Shown here piece by piece: positions 59,851-64,000 of a stretch of 64,000 bases of DNA; positions within the stretch are counted from its first letter, which is position 1, and every line of letters begins with the position of its first letter. A program made the position numbers and the translations under genes. Source of the DNA: Paracoccaceae bacterium (GTDB lineage: Bacteria > Pseudomonadota > Alphaproteobacteria > Rhodobacterales > Rhodobacteraceae); NCBI GenBank assembly GCA_031412255.1, contig JANOCQ010000319.1:2778-66777 (forward strand). The letters are read 5' to 3'. Under the pieces are notes generated by a model. It searched no databases. It was given only the letters and a program-made list of their open reading frames with translations, and had not been told where the DNA came from.

Positions 59851-60621
59851 ATGCCCGCACCTCTGAACCGCCTGAAGCACCGCCTTTCCGCCGGGGAGAC
59901 CCTTTATGGCTGCTGGCTGGGGATGGCTGACCCCTATGCCGCCGAGATGGCCACGACTTGCGGTTTTGACTGGCTGCTGATCGACGGCGAACACGCCCCG
60001 AACGACCTGCGCTCCACGATGGCGCAGCTTGCGGTGATCGAGCCGTCGGCAAGCCTTCCGGTGGTGCGCCTGCGCGATGACGACCCGGCGCGGATCAAGC
60101 AGGCGCTGGACGCGGGCGCGCAGAGCCTGCTGATCCCGATGATCGAAAGCGCGGATCAGGCGCGTCGGGCGCTGGCTGCGACCCGCTATCCGCCTGAGGG
60201 GATACGGGGGGTGGGTTCATCATTGGCGCGGGCATCACGGTTTTCGGCGATCCCGGACTATCTGGCCACCGCGAATGAGCAGATCTGCCTGATCCTGCAG
60301 ATCGAAAGCCGGGCGGGGCTGGCAGCGCTGGAAGACATTCTGGCGATAGATGGCATCGATTGCGTCTTCATCGGACCTGCGGACCTTGCGGCGGACATGG
60401 GGCATCTTGGCAATGCCTCTCACCCGGAGGTGCGGGCGGCGGTGATGGACGCGCTGGCGCGGATCGCGGCCTCGGGCAAGGCGGCGGGGGTCCTGTCGAC
60501 CGAGGACGCCTTCATCGCCGATTGCCTGAAGGCCGGGGCGCGCTTTGTCGGGGTGGGGATCGACGTGCTGGCTTACGTCGGTGCGCTTCGGGTGCGTGCC
60601 AAGCAGTTCATTCCCGGCTGA
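59851..60621 (+). CDS. HpcH/HpaI class II pyruvate aldolase
   Basis: GFDWLLIDGEHAPND, VRL, LIPMIES, QIESRAG, FIGPADL. Confidence 0.9.
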   Translation: MPAPLNRLKHRLSAGETLYGCWLGMADPYAAEMATTCGFDWLLIDGEHAPNDLRSTMAQLAVIEPSASLPVVRLRDDDPARIKQALDAGAQSLLIPMIESADQARRALAATRYPPEGIRGVGSSLARASRFSAIPDYLATANEQICLILQIESRAGLAALEDILAIDGIDCVFIGPADLAADMGHLGNASHPEVRAAVMDALARIAASGKAAGVLSTEDAFIADCLKAGARFVGVGIDVLAYVGALRVRAKQFIPG

Positions 60622-60691
60622 CGCCTCGTCGTGCGCCTTCGGCTTCTCCTCGCAGGCGGAAGCGAGGAGAAACAAAGTGCACGACGAGGGG

Positions 60692-62659
60692 TCAGATCAG
60701 GGCCAGCGCCCGGATCGGTGAGCCCGTCCCGTCCTTGATCTTCAGCGGCGTCACGATCAGCAGTGCACCCTTGGGCGGCAGCTGGTCGAGGTTGCAGAGG
60801 CTAGCAAGGCCAAAGCAGTTGTCCCGGTGCAGGAAGTTGTGCGCCGGGAACGGCGGGCTGAACTTGCCCGCCATCCCCGCATCGGTGCCGATGCACTGCG
60901 TGCCCCAGCCGACGATGCCCTTGCCCAGAAGGTAATCGATGCAGTCCGTCGACGGCCCCGGCGAGTGCGAGCCGTCCTCGTAGGGGTCCGGGTCCCCGTT
61001 CAGAAACAGCTTCTCGTCATGCGACCGCTGGTCCCAGTCGGTCCGCATCAGCACCCATTCGCCGGGGCCGATGTCGCCGTGCCTTGCCTCCCAGGCTTTC
61101 ACATGGGCGGCGGTCATGAGGAAGTCCGGGTTGGCGGCGGCTTCCGCCGAGCAGTCGATGACGTTCGCGGGCGCGATCAGGCGCTGGACGGACAGGGTGT
61201 CGGTGAAGCCGTCCGGGTGGTCCTTGCCGGAAAGCCAGTGGTGCGGGGCGTCGAAATGGGTGCCCGAGTGTTCGCCAAGCGTGAGCCAGTTCCAGGCCCA
61301 GAAGGGGCCGTCCTGATCATATTCGCTGATCCGATGGATCGCCACTTTCGGCGTGTTCCGCGCGAGATCCTCCGGCAGGTGGAGGATTGGCGTCTCGGGG
61401 CCAAGCTGGGCCGTGAGGTCGACGATCTTCACTCCACCGGACGCAAGCCCGAAAGCCAGCGCCCGAAGCACCTCGCCCGCGCCCTTCTGCGCCTCTCCCT
61501 GCCCCGCAAAGCGGCGGCGGCGGCGGGTCATCACGTCTTCGACCATGTCGAAGACGGCGTCCACGGCGCGCTCCTCGGTCACGAAACCGGGCGACATCCG
61601 CAGGATCGGGCCGCGGAAGTCGACGGAGTAGCCCTCGACCCCCAAGGCCCCGACACAGGCCGCGGCTCCGGCCTTGTCCGGCATCCGGATCATCACTGCA
61701 CCCCCCCGCTTGGCGGGGTCTCGGGGGGAGTGTAGCGGCAGGTCCAGCCGGTCGGCCCGTGCGATCACCCGGTCCACCAGGCGGCGGTTGTGGGCCGCGA
61801 CCTCGGTCAGGTCCTGCTTCGAGAACCAGTCCATTGCGGGCAGCGAAGCGATGGCCGCAACCGACCCCGGCGTGCCGGTGTCGAAGCGGCGGATGTCGGG
61901 GGCGTATTCGAAGCGGTCGAGGTCCCAGGAGAACGGGTTGTTCTGGCTGAACCAGCCGCGGCCTTCCGGCGTCAGGTTGGGGATCAGGTCCTTGTCGGCA
62001 TAGAGGATGCCCGCGCCGGGGGTTCCGCAGAGCCACTTGAGGCTGGTCGAGACGACGAAATCGACGCGCGGGTTCAGTGCGTCGAAGGGCATCAGGCCGG
62101 CGCCTTGGGTGATGTCGGCGACCATCAGGCTGCCCATCGCGCGGCCGTGGGCGACGAGGGTGGGGTAGTCCATCTTCGACGACCCGATGGAGGTGACCCA
62201 GGTCAGGAGGGCGAGGCCGACGTCGGGGGTCCAGTGGGCGAGGTAATCCTCGGTGGTCACCAAGGGGAGGCCTTGGGAGAGCGGCACCGTGGTGAGGGTG
62301 AAGCCCATCTTCGGGGCAAGGCCTGCAAGGAGGAAGTGGAGCGAGGGGAAGCAGTCGGCGGCGGCGAGGACCCGCTTGCCGCGCAGGCTGCCTTCGGGGA
62401 GGGCGCGGAGGATCTTCTGCAGGCCTTCGGTCACGTTGTCGACGGTCGTGAGGCTGCCTTTCGGCACGTTGATCAGCCGACGCCAGCGGTCGATGAAGTC
62501 CTGGCGCTTGCGAAGGACGTACCCCCACTGCTTGTCGTTCGGGGCGGCCCAGACTTCGGAAAACTCGGCCATCGCGCGGGCCATGTCTTCTTCCTTGCCA
62601 GGGTAGATGCCGATGGAATGGTAGAGGAAGTAGCCCCCCTCGGTGGTGTTGCGGTTCAT
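60692..62659 (-). CDS. Fusion of a kynureninase-like PLP class V domain and an isatin-hydrolase/cyclase domain (655 aa)
   Basis: N-terminal DITQGAG, STSLKWLCGTPGAG and GWFSQNNPF. C-terminal EHSGTHFDAPHHW, NTPKV.IH.ISEYD.DGP and HRDNCFGLASL. No stop at the junction. Confidence 0.8.
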   Translation of the reverse strand: MNRNTTEGGYFLYHSIGIYPGKEEDMARAMAEFSEVWAAPNDKQWGYVLRKRQDFIDRWRRLINVPKGSLTTVDNVTEGLQKILRALPEGSLRGKRVLAAADCFPSLHFLLAGLAPKMGFTLTTVPLSQGLPLVTTEDYLAHWTPDVGLALLTWVTSIGSSKMDYPTLVAHGRAMGSLMVADITQGAGLMPFDALNPRVDFVVSTSLKWLCGTPGAGILYADKDLIPNLTPEGRGWFSQNNPFSWDLDRFEYAPDIRRFDTGTPGSVAAIASLPAMDWFSKQDLTEVAAHNRRLVDRVIARADRLDLPLHSPRDPAKRGGAVMIRMPDKAGAAACVGALGVEGYSVDFRGPILRMSPGFVTEERAVDAVFDMVEDVMTRRRRRFAGQGEAQKGAGEVLRALAFGLASGGVKIVDLTAQLGPETPILHLPEDLARNTPKVAIHRISEYDQDGPFWAWNWLTLGEHSGTHFDAPHHWLSGKDHPDGFTDTLSVQRLIAPANVIDCSAEAAANPDFLMTAAHVKAWEARHGDIGPGEWVLMRTDWDQRSHDEKLFLNGDPDPYEDGSHSPGPSTDCIDYLLGKGIVGWGTQCIGTDAGMAGKFSPPFPAHNFLHRDNCFGLASLCNLDQLPPKGALLIVTPLKIKDGTGSPIRALALI

Positions 62660-62720
62660 TGGATGCGGCCCTCCCTGGCCTTCGGGTGGGAGAGTGCCAG
62701 CGGGCCGCGGGGGCTGCAAG

Positions 62721-62768
62721 TGCCCGCGCGTGGGCAGTTTTTCGGGCCTATGGAAATCAAGGGCTTGC
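62721..62768. repeat. Dispersed repeat family B, copy 2
   Basis: Collinear with 6376-6423. Confidence 0.75.
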
Positions 62769-62778
62769 CTGTGGGCGT

Positions 62779-63549
62779 TTACTTTGCGTCAACAATTTCG
62801 CCGCGCCATCCGGCGGCTTTTGCGAGGACGAAAACCTCGCCCGCAAGGACATCGACGGTGCCGTCCGGGTGCAGATGGAACGCGGTCGTCACGCCTGCGG
62901 CGCGGCACAGGGCGAGGCCTCCGGCACAGTCCCAGAGGCCCCCGGCGCGGGCCTCGACATAGCCCTTCAGGCGACCCGTGGCGACGAGCATCAGGGAGAG
63001 GGCGCAGGAGCCGAGGAGGCGGATGCCAAGGCCAAGGGCGTCGGCTTCGGACTCGATGGTGTAACGGTCGGCGGCAGACCAGCGCGGGTTGCGTCCGAGG
63101 CCGAGGCAGGGCGGGTCGTCGGGGCGCGAGCCTTCGGTGAAGCCGGTGGTGCGCAGGGGCTGGCCCAGGGTTCCAAGGGCGGAGAGGCCGAGGGCCGGTG
63201 CGATGATGGCCCCGGCGATGGGCTGGCCTTTGTCCATGAGGCCGAGCGAGACAGTCCAGAACGGCAGGCCGGAGAGGAAGTTCCTGGTGCCGTCGATGGG
63301 GTCGATGGCCCAGTAGCGGTCGGTCGGGGAGCCGCCGTATTCCTCGCCCAGGATGGCGCAGTCCGGGAAGGCGACGGTGAGGCGCTCTCGCAGGGTGCGT
63401 TCGACGGCGCGGTCGGCGTCGGAGACGAGGTCGCCGGGGGATTTCGCCTCGACGTTGCGCTGACTGAGAGTGTTGAAGAAGCCGAGCGCCTGGGTGCCTG
63501 CTTCGGTGAGGATTGCTGTCAGATCGTCCAGGTTGAAAACGTCAGGCAT
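62779..63549 (-). CDS. Inositol monophosphatase family protein
   Basis: DLVSDADRAVE, ILGEE, WAIDPIDGTRNF, WDCAGG. Confidence 0.9.
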   Translation of the reverse strand: MPDVFNLDDLTAILTEAGTQALGFFNTLSQRNVEAKSPGDLVSDADRAVERTLRERLTVAFPDCAILGEEYGGSPTDRYWAIDPIDGTRNFLSGLPFWTVSLGLMDKGQPIAGAIIAPALGLSALGTLGQPLRTTGFTEGSRPDDPPCLGLGRNPRWSAADRYTIESEADALGLGIRLLGSCALSLMLVATGRLKGYVEARAGGLWDCAGGLALCRAAGVTTAFHLHPDGTVDVLAGEVFVLAKAAGWRGEIVDAK

Positions 63550-63695
63550 CGGGTGGTCCTGCTGGGTTCGGAGCAACGTCACTGCATCCTAGAGACTGCG
63601 GAGAACGGATACGAGTCGCTCGCGCCGGCTTTCGGGGCGCGGGCTGAAGGCGCAAGCCGGAAGCCAAGGGGCGTGCGGCAAGGCCAATCGGCCTG

Positions 63696-63786
63696 AAATC
63701 TGCCCGCGTCTGCCTGGGCTGGCGCGGTATCGCGCCTGCCCAAGGGCAGGCAGGCAGGCGCGGGCAGATTTGTCGACGGACAAATC
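63696..63786. repeat. Nested inverted-repeat (cruciform/REP-like) element
   Basis: Arms aaatctgcccgcgtctgcctg / caggcaggcgcgggcagattt (one mismatch) enclose two small hairpins, and a gatttgtc/gacaaatc hairpin overlaps the right arm. Confidence 0.7.
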
Positions 63787-63801
63787 CGCCAAGCATGGTC
63801 G

Positions 63802-64000
63802 TCACGCTTCCGGCACAGAAACCACGATCCCGTCGAGCGCCCCAGTCATCTTGATCTGGCACGACAGGCGCGAGGTGGGTTCGCGGCCCGCTTCGGTGAT
63901 GTCGAGCATGTCATCCTCGAAAGCGCTGGGGGTCCCTGCCCGGATCGTCCAGGCGGGATCGACGACGACGTGGCAGGTTGCGCAGGACATCGAGCCGCCG
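63802..64000 (-). CDS. 2Fe-2S ferredoxin, adrenodoxin/putidaredoxin type (5' end outside window)
   Basis: GGSMSCATCHV...EDDMLD...SRLSCQI. Confidence 0.9.
   Translation of the reverse strand, partial: GGSMSCATCHVVVDPAWTIRAGTPSAFEDDMLDITEAGREPTSRLSCQIKMTGALDGIVVSVPEA

Overview
GC-rich alphaproteobacterial chromosome segment, Rhodobacteraceae-like by gene content and synteny (inference). It holds about 60 CDS. I recognised no rRNA, tRNA, CRISPR array, transposase or integrase. Left to right: (1) a serine-cycle-type C1 cluster (hydroxyacid reductase, mtkBA, class V aminotransferase, atypical LuxR regulator, mcl); (2) housekeeping secF-secD-yajC, serS, der, bamB and a YfgM-like TPR gene; (3) an exported caspase-like protein with 48-aa TPR repeats, an Atm1-type ABC exporter divergent from an ArsR with its own operator, LysM, LOG and sodB; (4) soxBDAG interrupted by two extra genes and a terminator; (5) ccmI, ruvX, DUF1289, TauE, Bcr and dusA; (6) a PepSY/OmpR/kinase module flanked by a (NGGG)n secreted protein and a 63-aa ORF that share a duplicated 40-bp promoter motif; (7) a 15-gene, ~17-kb operon headed by a 1,5-anhydro-D-fructose reductase-like gene that mixes sugar uptake and oxidation with CoA-transferase/crotonase chemistry, a DUF993 aldolase-like protein and glycerate kinase; (8) hpaR/hpaI, a kynureninase-like/isatin-hydrolase-like fusion, an IMPase and a partial 2Fe-2S ferredoxin. 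At least three families of intergenic palindromic repeats occur. Two apparent single-base deletions (serS and the aminotransferase) suggest assembly indels. All family assignments come from motif recognition and recalled sequences, not from database searches.
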